DNA of 64,000 bases from an uncultured Gammaproteobacteria bacterium (GCA_964634875.1 CAZWKA010000004.1:15640-79639); one strand, 5' to 3'. Positions 41,267 through 51,025 are shown, numbered from the stretch's first letter. The notes: generated by a model from the letters alone, not told the origin. Translations and numbers: made by a program.

Positions 41267-42016
41267 ATGGAAAGACGAGATGTATTAAAAATTATCGCCT
41301 CGGGGTTGTTATCATCAGCAACAGAAGCTTGCACCCCAACTTCGAGCGGAATAAAACCTGATAGAATATTAGAGCCAAAAAAAGGTGGTGCTCAACAAAA
41401 GAATACTCGCGAACATGAATTAAAACGAGAAATACCAGCAGACATCGCTGTAGCAATTAAAAAACTAGAAGCTCGCTTTGGGTTAAAAAAAGACGAATAC
41501 GCCATAATAATCGACCCTGCTTCCCAGCGATTATTCTTGATAAAAAATGGTGAAACACTTAAAGAGTATTCTGTATCAACTGGGAAAAAAGGTATAGGGA
41601 ATACTGTCGGTAGCCAAAAGACTCCATTTGGAACCCATCGTATAAAAGAAAAAATAGGTCTGGGACAAAAAATTGGTACGATTTTGGTTGGGGAAGGCGA
41701 TAAAAACGGCACCATTGCACCCATCATCGCCGATACTATCGACACCCCCTTTGACTACGTCACCACACGACTTATGCGCCTTGACGGGCAAGAACCGCGT
41801 ATTAACAAAGGGGGTGAAACCGACTCTCACCAACGAGATATTTACATTCATGGCACCCCTGAAGAAGGACTCCTAGGAAGGCCGGCTTCACATGGCTGCA
41901 TTCGGATGAAGAACACCGACATTGTGAAGCTTTTTGATGTATTACCACCACGAACTTTGGTTGAAATTTTAAACAAAGAATTTATTAACGATCATCGTAT
42001 AGCTTCAGGAAAGTAA
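41267..42016 (+). CDS. L,D-transpeptidase (YkuD domain) with a Tat-type signal peptide.
   Basis: Catalytic motif HGTPEEGLLGRPASHGCIRM and an N-terminal MERRDVLKIIASGLL twin-arginine motif. Confidence 0.75.
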   Translation: MERRDVLKIIASGLLSSATEACTPTSSGIKPDRILEPKKGGAQQKNTREHELKREIPADIAVAIKKLEARFGLKKDEYAIIIDPASQRLFLIKNGETLKEYSVSTGKKGIGNTVGSQKTPFGTHRIKEKIGLGQKIGTILVGEGDKNGTIAPIIADTIDTPFDYVTTRLMRLDGQEPRINKGGETDSHQRDIYIHGTPEEGLLGRPASHGCIRMKNTDIVKLFDVLPPRTLVEILNKEFINDHRIASGK

Positions 42017-42038
42017 GCAGTACTTCTAATGTAATTTC

Positions 42039-42878
42039 TCAATGCAAAATCGCTAGACTAAACAATGCAAAACCAACCGCGGCATTATACGCCGGAAAAT
42101 ACCAATACACTCGCTGTAGTAGCGCTGGTCGACCAACAAGAAAAAGTGGTACCAACGGGTACGCCAAACAAATGGCGCCCAACCAATAAACGTGCAAAAT
42201 TGCCACAAAAATCACCAGGCTAGTTAACCAGAGCAGCGAACAAATATATAGCGATGCCTTTTGTCCAAAAAAAATTGCGCTCGTGGTGAGCCCGGCCTTT
42301 TGGTCGCTTGCAATATCCGGAATTGCAGAAAAAAGATGCATAGCACTCGTCCAAAAAAATACCGCAATTACTATTGGCCAGGATGGCAAATGACCGCTCG
42401 TTTGAAGATAACCAATAATACCCGGTAAGCCGTACAAAATATTGGACGCAAAATCGAGCACGGGCCGAGCCTTGAATCGAAGGGGTGGTGCGCTGTAAAA
42501 ATACGATAGCACTAAAAAAATACCGAACAACGAGGCGAGCATTGCTGAATGACTGAGGGTTAAAATAACAATGCACAACCCAGCAATAACGCACAGGCTT
42601 AGCCGTAGTTTTTTGCGCTCAGTCGTTTGCAACAAGTTCTCTTCATTCCCTTTTTTAGTGTTAAATTGGTCCGTATCGGCATCATAATAGTCATTGATAC
42701 CATACAAAAAAATATTTGCCGGGACTAAAAAGAAAAAAAGATATACCCAAAAATATAACTCTGTAAACGCTTGCACATTTGGTGCGCCCGCAGCAAAGCC
42801 CACGACATACGTGCCACCCAGATACAACCAGAAACGGGGGCGTGATGTTCGATACAGAAAAATTAAAAACTCTTTCAT
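42039..42878 (-). CDS. UbiA-superfamily prenyltransferase, the last gene of the carotenoid operon. Candidate lycopene elongase or carotenoid prenyltransferase.
   Basis: About 8 TM helices and the Asp-rich motif NDYYDADTD (NDxxDxxxD). There is a 4-nt start/stop overlap with the upstream polyprenyl synthase gene. Confidence 0.65.
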   Translation of the reverse strand: MKEFLIFLYRTSRPRFWLYLGGTYVVGFAAGAPNVQAFTELYFWVYLFFFLVPANIFLYGINDYYDADTDQFNTKKGNEENLLQTTERKKLRLSLCVIAGLCIVILTLSHSAMLASLFGIFLVLSYFYSAPPLRFKARPVLDFASNILYGLPGIIGYLQTSGHLPSWPIVIAVFFWTSAMHLFSAIPDIASDQKAGLTTSAIFFGQKASLYICSLLWLTSLVIFVAILHVYWLGAICLAYPLVPLFLVGRPALLQRVYWYFPAYNAAVGFALFSLAILH

Positions 42879-43960
42879 GCCGATCGATTAAGATTGTACT
42901 CGAGAAGTTCGTACAGCATCTTTTTCTGACCCGCCGCCCCATCGTAAGCAGCAACTACTTTTTTTACCGCCGTAATTCGATATGACAAGATTTTGGCTAT
43001 CTTTTTTTGTATGCCGTACTTCATAATCAACTCACGCACCAGCGCCACTTCATTTTGTGTCATTGAAGTATTGCCAAAAATACCTTCCAACTTTTTTCGC
43101 TCAGCAGCGCTCGACTGTTTAAATAAAAAGTAATAGTAGAGTGTTTTTTTGCCTTCACGAATATCTGACCCTACGGGTTTTCCGATCTTTTGTTCGTCCC
43201 CAAACATGCCAAGCTCGTCATCTTTAATCTGGAAAATAATACCAAGGTGTTCACCAAATTTTTCTAGCAACCGCACACTACCGGACGGCTGACCCGCCGC
43301 CAAACCACCCAGCATGAGCGGGAGTGAAAATGTGTAGCGGGCTGTTTTATAACAATACAACCGGAGTATATCTGCCTGCGAAGGCATAGTACTCACTGCC
43401 CCAGAGTACACATCCTGCATTTGGGCAAAACCAACTTTTATAATTTCTTGTGAAAAAATACCAACGATCTCTTGAAGTGCTGGTGTTTTCGTTTGCGGAA
43501 GCGATGATAAAAGATTAAAACTTAAAAAAATAGCCACATCGCCAACGCATATACCGAGCGACTCACCGACATGCCCAGCATTATGACCTGCATGCTTTCT
43601 GGTAAGTATTTCGTACTGTTTATAGAGGGTCGACTCACCGCGCCGAAGCTCATCTAAATCCATAATATCATCGTGAACTATAAGCGCTGTGTGGACAATT
43701 TCTATTGCCGCTGCCAGGCGAAGACATGCTTCGTCAGGTCGTTTTCCGGCAAGTTGATACGCCAAAAACACCATACCACCCCGCACCATCTTGCCTTTTA
43801 TAATCGTAGCATAGAGCCGCCGCAAAGCGTCTTTTGACCAACGGTTTACCGGACGATATATTTTTATCTGTTCGTCAAAAAAATCTTTTAAAAACGGCCG
43901 GAGTTTATTGCTCGCCTCGGCATAGAAAGAATTCATAGTGCGTTCAAGAATAGCTGCCAT
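42875..43960 (-). CDS. crtE: Polyprenyl diphosphate synthase (GGPP synthase, CrtE/IdsA-like).
   Basis: First Asp-rich motif LIVHDDIMDLDELRRG and second motif FQIKDDELGMFGD. Confidence 0.8.
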   Translation of the reverse strand: MAAILERTMNSFYAEASNKLRPFLKDFFDEQIKIYRPVNRWSKDALRRLYATIIKGKMVRGGMVFLAYQLAGKRPDEACLRLAAAIEIVHTALIVHDDIMDLDELRRGESTLYKQYEILTRKHAGHNAGHVGESLGICVGDVAIFLSFNLLSSLPQTKTPALQEIVGIFSQEIIKVGFAQMQDVYSGAVSTMPSQADILRLYCYKTARYTFSLPLMLGGLAAGQPSGSVRLLEKFGEHLGIIFQIKDDELGMFGDEQKIGKPVGSDIREGKKTLYYYFLFKQSSAAERKKLEGIFGNTSMTQNEVALVRELIMKYGIQKKIAKILSYRITAVKKVVAAYDGAAGQKKMLYELLEYNLNRSA

Positions 43961-44763
43961 ATAATTTTTGTCTTGCTCGGTTTTACTTTCTTTCTAAAAA
44001 TAATAAACGGGTCGCGTTCAATGACATCAGCCGTAAAGCGGTACATATCAGCAGCGGTTTTAATCGGGAGCAAAAACCGTTTAGGGATAAAAGAAAAACC
44101 CGCTTCCCCTGCTGCTTGCCACGCCCGATAACGCTTCAGTTCCTGAGCAATAAGCGCTGCAAAGTCTGGTGCACGGCATTGTGCTGACTTTTCAGTTAGG
44201 TGTTCAAAACCAAACGGACGGAGTACTTCAAACGGTATATATTGTCTACCCAGCTGAATATCTTCGGCAATATCGCGAATAAAATTAATATATTGAAAGC
44301 CTCTACCGAGAAGCTGGGCGGTGCCATACGACTCAGCGGGCAAATTCATGAGCCGCGCCATTACCAGACCAATTACTTCCGCTGAACCATAGATATAATC
44401 ACCAAGTTCAGTGAACGTAGCATATGTTTTCTTCTCCGTGTCGCTTGTCATTGCCTGCAAAAATGAGTCTATCCATTCCCGGGGAATCGACCGGCGGTTC
44501 ACAAGATCAACAAAAGAATCGATAATTATGTTGCCAGATACCGTTCCTGCCAGGGCTGCAGCATACTGCTTTTTAAACAAAACAAAATCGCTGAGCTTAG
44601 CCGGCACGCTGTCAACCAAATCATCAGCCACCCGAACAAAGGCATAGAAAATAAAAACATCTTCACGAACAGCGCGAGGGAAAAACAGGCTGCTCGTAAA
44701 AAAGGTTTTACTCCCCTTCTTAAATGTTTGATAAATTTCCTGATCAACCATATTTTTTTTCAA
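43933..44763 (-). CDS. crtB: Phytoene synthase (squalene/phytoene synthase family).
   Basis: YAFVRVADDLVD (DxxxD substrate-Mg motif) and a second DD motif FIRDIAEDIQLGRQYIP. Confidence 0.8.
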   Translation of the reverse strand: MKKNMVDQEIYQTFKKGSKTFFTSSLFFPRAVREDVFIFYAFVRVADDLVDSVPAKLSDFVLFKKQYAAALAGTVSGNIIIDSFVDLVNRRSIPREWIDSFLQAMTSDTEKKTYATFTELGDYIYGSAEVIGLVMARLMNLPAESYGTAQLLGRGFQYINFIRDIAEDIQLGRQYIPFEVLRPFGFEHLTEKSAQCRAPDFAALIAQELKRYRAWQAAGEAGFSFIPKRFLLPIKTAADMYRFTADVIERDPFIIFRKKVKPSKTKIIWQLFLNAL

Positions 44764-46216
44764 TAGCTTCAGCTACCAGCCCGGAAGCGATGAGGCACAT
44801 TGGCATACCGATACCAGGGTGCGTGTACTGCCCCGTATAATAGAGGTTAGTGACTTTTTTACTCTGGTGACGTGGACGGAAAACAGCTGTTTGCATGAGC
44901 GTGTGGCTGAGGCCAAGCGCCGTACCCTTGTAGGCATTAAACATGCCGGCAAAATCACGCTGACTGAAAATCTTTTGAACAACAGCGTCGTGTAGATTTT
45001 GGCCCAAAAGGGATTCCAAATGAACCAATACTTTTTCAGTATATTTTTCTCTTGTTTCATCCGTGTCTTCAAGGCCAGCCGCCACGGGAACTAAAATAAC
45101 CAGCGCTTCCCCTCCGGGCGGCACGATTGTCGGGTCAGTTTTTGATGCGCACGAAACATAATATGACGGATGTTCCGGCCATTCGGGGTGTTCAAAAATA
45201 GCGTCAAAATGTCGCACCCAATCGTTGTCAAAAAATAACGTGTGATGTTCTAAGCCGGCGATTTTTCTGTCATAGCCGAGGTACAGCATAAAAGCGGATG
45301 GCGCGAGCGTTCGCCTCTCCCAATATCTTTTAGAATACGTCTGATCGCCCTTAGCCAAAAGGGTGCTTTCGGTATGGTGGTAGTCAGCTCCGGAAATAAC
45401 AATATCCGCCTCAATCACTTTTCCGTTCACTACTACTCCCTTGGCTTGTGTATCACTAACAACAATTTTTTCAACCGGGCTGTTAAATTCGAACCGTGCT
45501 CCATAGGAACGAGCCAAATCTTCCAGGCCTCGTACCACAGCACCTATGCCACCGGTTGGATACCACACCCCCAAATTGAAATCAATATGAGACATGAGCG
45601 AATAAATCGCCGGCGTATTTTTGGGAGCTCCGCCTAAAAACACCATACTATATTCCAAAATTTTGCGCAGCTTATCACTCTTAAAGTAACGGCGCGTATA
45701 CGCATCAAGCGATTCAAATACATGGAGTTTCCTACCTTCCACAATCATGCGGCGATTAAAAAAATCCATGAGCGATGTATACTCTTTGTACAAAAAGTCT
45801 TTCATGGATACGTCGTATTGATACTTTGACTGCGCCAAGTAGCGTGTCAGTGCGGCAGCAGCGCCAGGTTCCAGAGCTTCAAAAACAGCCATGTTTTTTT
45901 CAAGATCGGCTGAAAGGTCCACAAAGTCGTTTTTGCCATGGAAAATCCGGTACGCCGGGTCAAGACGCTGCAGTTTAAAAAAATCAGTTGGCTTTTTACC
46001 GAACTCTGCAAAAAATTTTTCAAAAACATCAGGCATCAAATACCATGACGGACCCATGTCGAACGTAAACCCCTTTTCGCGATAGACGCTGGCTCGCCCG
46101 CCGGACTGATCGTTTTTTTCAAGCACCAGTACGTCAAACCCCTTGTGAGCCAAGAGGGCTGCAGCAGACAAACCGCCAAAACCAGCGCCAATGATAACAA
46201 CTTTCTTCTGCGACAT
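44744..46216 (-). CDS. crtI: Phytoene desaturase (CrtI family FAD-dependent).
   Basis: N-terminal KKVVIIGAGFGGLSAAALLAHKGFDVLVLEKNDQSGGRA dinucleotide-binding motif, about 490 aa. Confidence 0.8.
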   Translation of the reverse strand: MSQKKVVIIGAGFGGLSAAALLAHKGFDVLVLEKNDQSGGRASVYREKGFTFDMGPSWYLMPDVFEKFFAEFGKKPTDFFKLQRLDPAYRIFHGKNDFVDLSADLEKNMAVFEALEPGAAAALTRYLAQSKYQYDVSMKDFLYKEYTSLMDFFNRRMIVEGRKLHVFESLDAYTRRYFKSDKLRKILEYSMVFLGGAPKNTPAIYSLMSHIDFNLGVWYPTGGIGAVVRGLEDLARSYGARFEFNSPVEKIVVSDTQAKGVVVNGKVIEADIVISGADYHHTESTLLAKGDQTYSKRYWERRTLAPSAFMLYLGYDRKIAGLEHHTLFFDNDWVRHFDAIFEHPEWPEHPSYYVSCASKTDPTIVPPGGEALVILVPVAAGLEDTDETREKYTEKVLVHLESLLGQNLHDAVVQKIFSQRDFAGMFNAYKGTALGLSHTLMQTAVFRPRHQSKKVTNLYYTGQYTHPGIGMPMCLIASGLVAEAIEKKYG

Positions 46217-46490
46217 ACCTAAAAAATTTAAACTTTTATTGATAGTACTAGCTCTGCTTAACCGGACACTTTAACACTAAAAATTACAGCACTAGAGCGC
46301 GTGGATACGCCACGGACACAGTATACTTCTTAGCGCAATTATACACAACTGCCAGCTCGCTTTCATGTGAAATAAAATTATCCACCGCCTAATTGCTGCT
46401 TTCAAAAATTTCTGATATAGTGTATAAAATACAATAAGTAGTGATAAAGACTATTCTTTGGTACTACATATAGAAAATGGTTTCCAAAAT

Positions 46491-46700
46491 ATGACGACTA
46501 TTTGTCTTAAAGAATACCGTTGCCAGGAATGCAAAAAGTTATTATTTAAAGGCGCCCTCGTCGAAAGCGTGGTTGAAGTTCGCTGTAAGCAGTGCCATAG
46601 CATGAATACTGTAAAAAGCAGCGCGCTTAACGAGCTTCTTTGTGCAGTAGTACCCTGTCCCCACCGCATCACAGTTGAAACCGCAGTAGCTAAAAAATAA
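46491..46700 (+). CDS. Small Com-like zinc-ribbon protein (Mu Com family-like).
   Basis: MTTICLKEYRCQECKKLLFKGALVESVVEVRCKQCHSMNTV contains CxxC-X18-CxxC with KLLFK, the hallmark of Mu Com translational regulator-like proteins. The start is set at MTTIC. Confidence 0.45.
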   Translation: MTTICLKEYRCQECKKLLFKGALVESVVEVRCKQCHSMNTVKSSALNELLCAVVPCPHRITVETAVAKK

Positions 46701-46772
46701 TTTTAATACTTTTCATTATTTTAACCTGAAGCTCTAGAAGCTCCTACCCAAGGGAGTTTTTTTATTTTTACT

Positions 46773-47864
46773 ATGCTTTATAAAAATTTTATCCGCCCAC
46801 TCCTTTTTAGACATGCTGATCCCGAAAGCATTCACGGTACCGCCCTTCACGTACTCAATACCGCGAGCAAATGTGCCCCAATAAACAAAATGGCAGCACG
46901 CCTGTTACAGGTACACGATAATCGTCTCCGAATATCACTAGGCCATCTTCGTCTTCCGAACCCTATTGGGCTCGCTGCCGGTTTTGACAAATACATTGAC
47001 GCACCGCTTGCGTACCCCATGCTGGGGTTTGGCTGGGCAGAGTTCGGCTCAATAACTTATTCCGCTCAAACAGGAAATCCAAAGCCGCGATTATGGAGGC
47101 TGCCTGAGGATAAAGGATTGATTGTGCACTATGGACTCGCCAATGATGGTGCCCAAAAAACCCTGGATAGATACAACAAAACACAACCACATACGATCCC
47201 TTGCGGAATCAGCATCGCCCCGACAAACGGACTTAGTGGCGCGGCAATGGCCGAAGACTACCTTAAAACTTTTCAAACAATAGAAAACAGTGCCGATTAC
47301 ATCACGCTTAATGTAAGCTGCCCTAATGTCGCGGGAGCAAGTATTTTTTCCCAGCTTTCATTTATAAAACTTTTACTAACCATTGTATCTGAGAGAAAAA
47401 AAATTATGGATATTCGAAAAGATATTTTTATTAAAATTGGTCCGCGAATGAGCGACGCAGATCTGGCAAAAATAGTTGAATATGCGATCGACGCAAAAAT
47501 AACCGGAATTATTGCTACAAACCTGCTTAAAGACCGTAACGATATTGCTTTTAGAAGCACACCAAGCGAACTCAATCACCCGGGGGGAATTTCAGGTAAG
47601 CATTTACAGACCATGAGCACCAGAACCATTCGCACACTTTACCAACTAGCCAAGGGAAAGATTCATATAGTGGGAGTAGGAGGTATTTTTACCGCTGAAG
47701 ATGCATACCACAAAATTAAGGCAGGGGCTACTGCAGTACAGCTTATTACCGGCTTTATTTATGGAGGGCCAACAGCGATACACGCCATTAATAAAGGTCT
47801 CTTAAGACTTTTGGTAAAGGACGGTTATAAAAATATTTCCGAAGCAGTCGGCGTAGAAGCTTAA
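46773..47864 (+). CDS. pyrD: Dihydroorotate dehydrogenase (quinone), class 2.
   Basis: N-terminal membrane-association extension, then LGHLRLPNPIGLAAGFDK and the GG.V..GPTA FMN-binding C-terminus. Confidence 0.85.
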   Translation: MLYKNFIRPLLFRHADPESIHGTALHVLNTASKCAPINKMAARLLQVHDNRLRISLGHLRLPNPIGLAAGFDKYIDAPLAYPMLGFGWAEFGSITYSAQTGNPKPRLWRLPEDKGLIVHYGLANDGAQKTLDRYNKTQPHTIPCGISIAPTNGLSGAAMAEDYLKTFQTIENSADYITLNVSCPNVAGASIFSQLSFIKLLLTIVSERKKIMDIRKDIFIKIGPRMSDADLAKIVEYAIDAKITGIIATNLLKDRNDIAFRSTPSELNHPGGISGKHLQTMSTRTIRTLYQLAKGKIHIVGVGGIFTAEDAYHKIKAGATAVQLITGFIYGGPTAIHAINKGLLRLLVKDGYKNISEAVGVEA

Positions 47865-47889
47865 ACTAGTATTTCTTATAGAAACATGT

Positions 47890-50007
47890 ATGCCAGTCTA
47901 CAAAATACAAAAAAGAAACGGCGCTATTGTTGATTTTAATCTTGACAAAATTGTCATCGCACTACAAAAAGCAGTGCTTGCCACTCAGCAGGTTCCTAAC
48001 GTTTCCATTTTGACATTAGCCACAACCGCACAAATAAAGCTCGAACAGCATTATAGCAGCACCATACCTTCGGTAGAAGCCGTGCAGGACATTATTGAAG
48101 AAACCCTGATTGAAGCAAACCTGTCTGCCGTTGCCAAGGCGTATATTTTATACCGGGCTAAACGTGGCACGGCGCGGAGTGAGAAAAATGTTGTTGTGGA
48201 AGTTGAAAAAACTATCGCTGAATACTTACATCGCCTGGACTGGCGTGTCAATGCCAATTCAAACCAAGGATACTCGTTGGGCGGCATGATTTTGAACACA
48301 GCCGGTAAAGTTACTGCGAACTTCTGGCTCTCTCACATTTATCCCGCCGAAGTTGGTGACGGCCATCGTAACGCAGACATGCACATACATGACTTAGACA
48401 TGTTTTCAGGCTACTGTGCGGGGTGGAGTTTGCGGGTTCTACTTGAAGAAGGATTTAATGGCGTACCGGACAAAATAGAATCGGGGCCACCAAAACATCT
48501 ATCCTCAGCCGTAGCCCAAATGGTTAATTTTCTGGGTACGCTTCAGAACGAATGGGCTGGCGCTCAGGCTTTTTCCAGTTTTGACACCTATCTCGCCCCA
48601 TTTGTAAAAAAATATGCGCTTGAACTAGAAAATGATATAGAAAAAGAACTAATAACTTTTCCTTCACTTGAAGCGAAAGAAAAATATATAGACCGGAAAG
48701 TATATGAATACGTTTACCAAAACATGCAGTCATTTGTTTTTAATCTCAATATTCCTTCACGGTGGGGTACACAAACACCGTTCACGAATATCACGCTCGA
48801 CTGGAATTGCCCGGAAGATTTAAAATCAAAACAGCTTATTCTCGATGGCAAGCCCTTTGCTTATACTTTTGGCGAACTTGAAAAGGAAATGAATAGTATT
48901 AACAAGGCCTTTATCGAGGTCATGACCGAGGGCGACAGCAAAGGTCGAGCCTTCACTTTTCCAATTCCAACCTACAATATTACTAAAGATTTTGACTGGG
49001 ATGACCCAAGAAACCTGCCATTGTTCGAAATGACTGCCAAATATGGCACACCATACTTTCAAAATTTTGTTAACTCGAGCCTTAACCCCGGCGACGTGCG
49101 CTCAATGTGTTGCCGATTACAGCTTGATATGAAGGAACTGCGTAAACGTGGTGGTGGATTATTTGGCTCCGCCGAAATGACCGGATCAATCGGAGTGGTC
49201 ACTATAAATAGCGCCCGCATTGGTTATCTGGCGCGTGGAGATGAAGAAAAATTTTTTTTACGTCTTGCTCACCTTATGGAGCTCGCAAAAACATCGCTGG
49301 AAATAAAACGCAAAGAAATTCAAAAATGGATTGCTGCAGGACTGTTTCCTTACACGAAACGTTACCTTGGCTATTTAAAAAATCATTTTTCCACCATTGG
49401 TATTAACGGTCTTAATGAAGCAATCCGCAATTTCACTGGTGACCAAGAAAATATCGCCACACCCTCGGGGCAGGAATTTGCATCTCGCGTTCTTGATAGT
49501 ATGCGCTCCAAACTTCAAGATTTTCAGGCGGAAACAAAAAATCTTTACAATCTTGAGGCTACCCCCGCCGAAGGTACGACGTACCGTTTCGCTAAGGAAG
49601 ACCAAAAACGTTTTCCGAATATTCTCCAAGCAGGCACGAAAGACGCACCCTACTATACCAATTCGTCACAACTTCCAGTTGGGTATACTGACGATGTGTT
49701 CGAAGCACTTACCCTTCAGGACAAGCTTCAAACTAAGTATACCGGAGGTACAGTTCTGCACTGTTATATGACTGAACGCATTTCAACCGCCTCTGCTTGC
49801 CGAAACTTGATCCGTAAAATTCTGACAAATTTCAAGCTTCCTTACATTACTATAACACCGACATTTTCTATATGCCCAAAGCACGGCTACTTACCCGGTG
49901 AATGGGATTGGTGCCCGACGTGCGACACGGCACTCGGTATTTACCAGGGAGAGCGACATGACGCTGAACGTATCGAAAAATATCTAAGTCCGACACCGGC
50001 GCAATAA
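47890..50007 (+). CDS. nrdD: Anaerobic ribonucleoside-triphosphate reductase NrdD, large fragment. It lacks the glycyl-radical C-terminus.
   Basis: N-terminal ATP-cone (VYKIQKRNGAIVDFNLDKIV), a class III RNR body, and a C-terminal Zn site CPKH-X12-CPTC. The ORF terminates about 10 residues before the expected glycyl-radical loop. Confidence 0.8.
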   Translation: MPVYKIQKRNGAIVDFNLDKIVIALQKAVLATQQVPNVSILTLATTAQIKLEQHYSSTIPSVEAVQDIIEETLIEANLSAVAKAYILYRAKRGTARSEKNVVVEVEKTIAEYLHRLDWRVNANSNQGYSLGGMILNTAGKVTANFWLSHIYPAEVGDGHRNADMHIHDLDMFSGYCAGWSLRVLLEEGFNGVPDKIESGPPKHLSSAVAQMVNFLGTLQNEWAGAQAFSSFDTYLAPFVKKYALELENDIEKELITFPSLEAKEKYIDRKVYEYVYQNMQSFVFNLNIPSRWGTQTPFTNITLDWNCPEDLKSKQLILDGKPFAYTFGELEKEMNSINKAFIEVMTEGDSKGRAFTFPIPTYNITKDFDWDDPRNLPLFEMTAKYGTPYFQNFVNSSLNPGDVRSMCCRLQLDMKELRKRGGGLFGSAEMTGSIGVVTINSARIGYLARGDEEKFFLRLAHLMELAKTSLEIKRKEIQKWIAAGLFPYTKRYLGYLKNHFSTIGINGLNEAIRNFTGDQENIATPSGQEFASRVLDSMRSKLQDFQAETKNLYNLEATPAEGTTYRFAKEDQKRFPNILQAGTKDAPYYTNSSQLPVGYTDDVFEALTLQDKLQTKYTGGTVLHCYMTERISTASACRNLIRKILTNFKLPYITITPTFSICPKHGYLPGEWDWCPTCDTALGIYQGERHDAERIEKYLSPTPAQ

Positions 50008-50030
50008 TTATTTTTAATACTATAAAAAAT

Positions 50031-50213
50031 ATGGAAAATCAACAGTTAGCCGAACGCACACGGTGCGAGGTATGGACTAGAGTTATGGGGTACCACCGTC
50101 CGGTATCACACTTTAATACCGGCAAGAAGTCGGAACATTATTCACGCAAACATTTTGAAGAATGTGTGGCGGCCAACACTGAATTCACCGCTCAATATAC
50201 TCGCACCATTTAA
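50031..50213 (+). CDS. NrdD C-terminal glycyl-radical segment encoded as a separate 60-aa ORF.
   Basis: CEVWTRVMGYHRPVSHFNTGKK matches the class III RNR C-terminal consensus E(V/I)(Y/W)(T/S)R(V/T)xGY.RPV...N.GK that carries the radical Gly. It lies 23 nt downstream of the nrdD stop in a different frame. Confidence 0.5.
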   Translation: MENQQLAERTRCEVWTRVMGYHRPVSHFNTGKKSEHYSRKHFEECVAANTEFTAQYTRTI

Positions 50214-50225
50214 CGAATTAACGTT

Positions 50226-50933
50226 ATGCTAATCTCAGGCATTGAGCAATGCACACTTGTCGACTATCCCGAAAAGACTGCTTGTGTCATCTTTACTCCT
50301 GGCTGTAATTTTCGCTGCGGCTACTGCCATAACCCAGAATTTGTTTTACCAGAAAAAATTATCCAGTTGAAAAACAGTTTTATCCCTGAAACTGCTATTT
50401 TTAACTTTTTAAATAAACGCATCGGCTTATTAGATGGCGTCGTTATCAGCGGCGGAGAACCTACAACCATGCCGGATCTTATTCCTTTCATGGACACACT
50501 TAAATCGCTGGGATATCTGATAAAACTAGATACTAATGGCAATCGTCCAGAAGTGATTAAGCAAGCTGTTGATTTGGGTCTTGTAGACTATGTTGCTATG
50601 GATGTAAAAACGAGCCTGAGCGAGTACCCAGCGCTTGTCGGCCCAGGCATAAACCCTGTTGCTCTACAGGAAAGCATCGCCTTTCTTAAAACCGAGCGCG
50701 TTGACTACGAATTTCGCTCGACACTTGTCAAAGAAATTCATTCATCCCCCATTCTTAATGACATGGCTGATTTAATTTGCGGTGCTAAACAAGTTTTTTT
50801 ACAACAATTCCGAAATACTCTCACGCTCAAACCGGCGTTTAAAAACTTTACCGCATTTTCACAAAAGGAAATGAAAGCGATAGCCTCCATTTTCTTAAAA
50901 AAAGCGCAAAAAGTAACTATTCGCTTAGCTTAA
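50226..50933 (+). CDS. nrdG: Anaerobic RNR-activating protein NrdG (radical SAM).
   Basis: CNFRCGYCHNPE (CxxxCxxC) near the N-terminus, about 235 aa. Confidence 0.8.
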   Translation: MLISGIEQCTLVDYPEKTACVIFTPGCNFRCGYCHNPEFVLPEKIIQLKNSFIPETAIFNFLNKRIGLLDGVVISGGEPTTMPDLIPFMDTLKSLGYLIKLDTNGNRPEVIKQAVDLGLVDYVAMDVKTSLSEYPALVGPGINPVALQESIAFLKTERVDYEFRSTLVKEIHSSPILNDMADLICGAKQVFLQQFRNTLTLKPAFKNFTAFSQKEMKAIASIFLKKAQKVTIRLA

Positions 50934-51025
50934 TTTACTACAGCCAGACTTAACCCCTCTCCGACCCCTGGTACGCACACCCGAAACATGAGCGACCCTT
51001 TGCAGAGCCGCAGCACGGGCAATGC

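Noticed and set aside
46451-46672. 73-aa minus-strand ORF.
   Set aside because: It is antisense to the Com-like zinc-ribbon ORF, which has the convincing CxxC...CxxC architecture.
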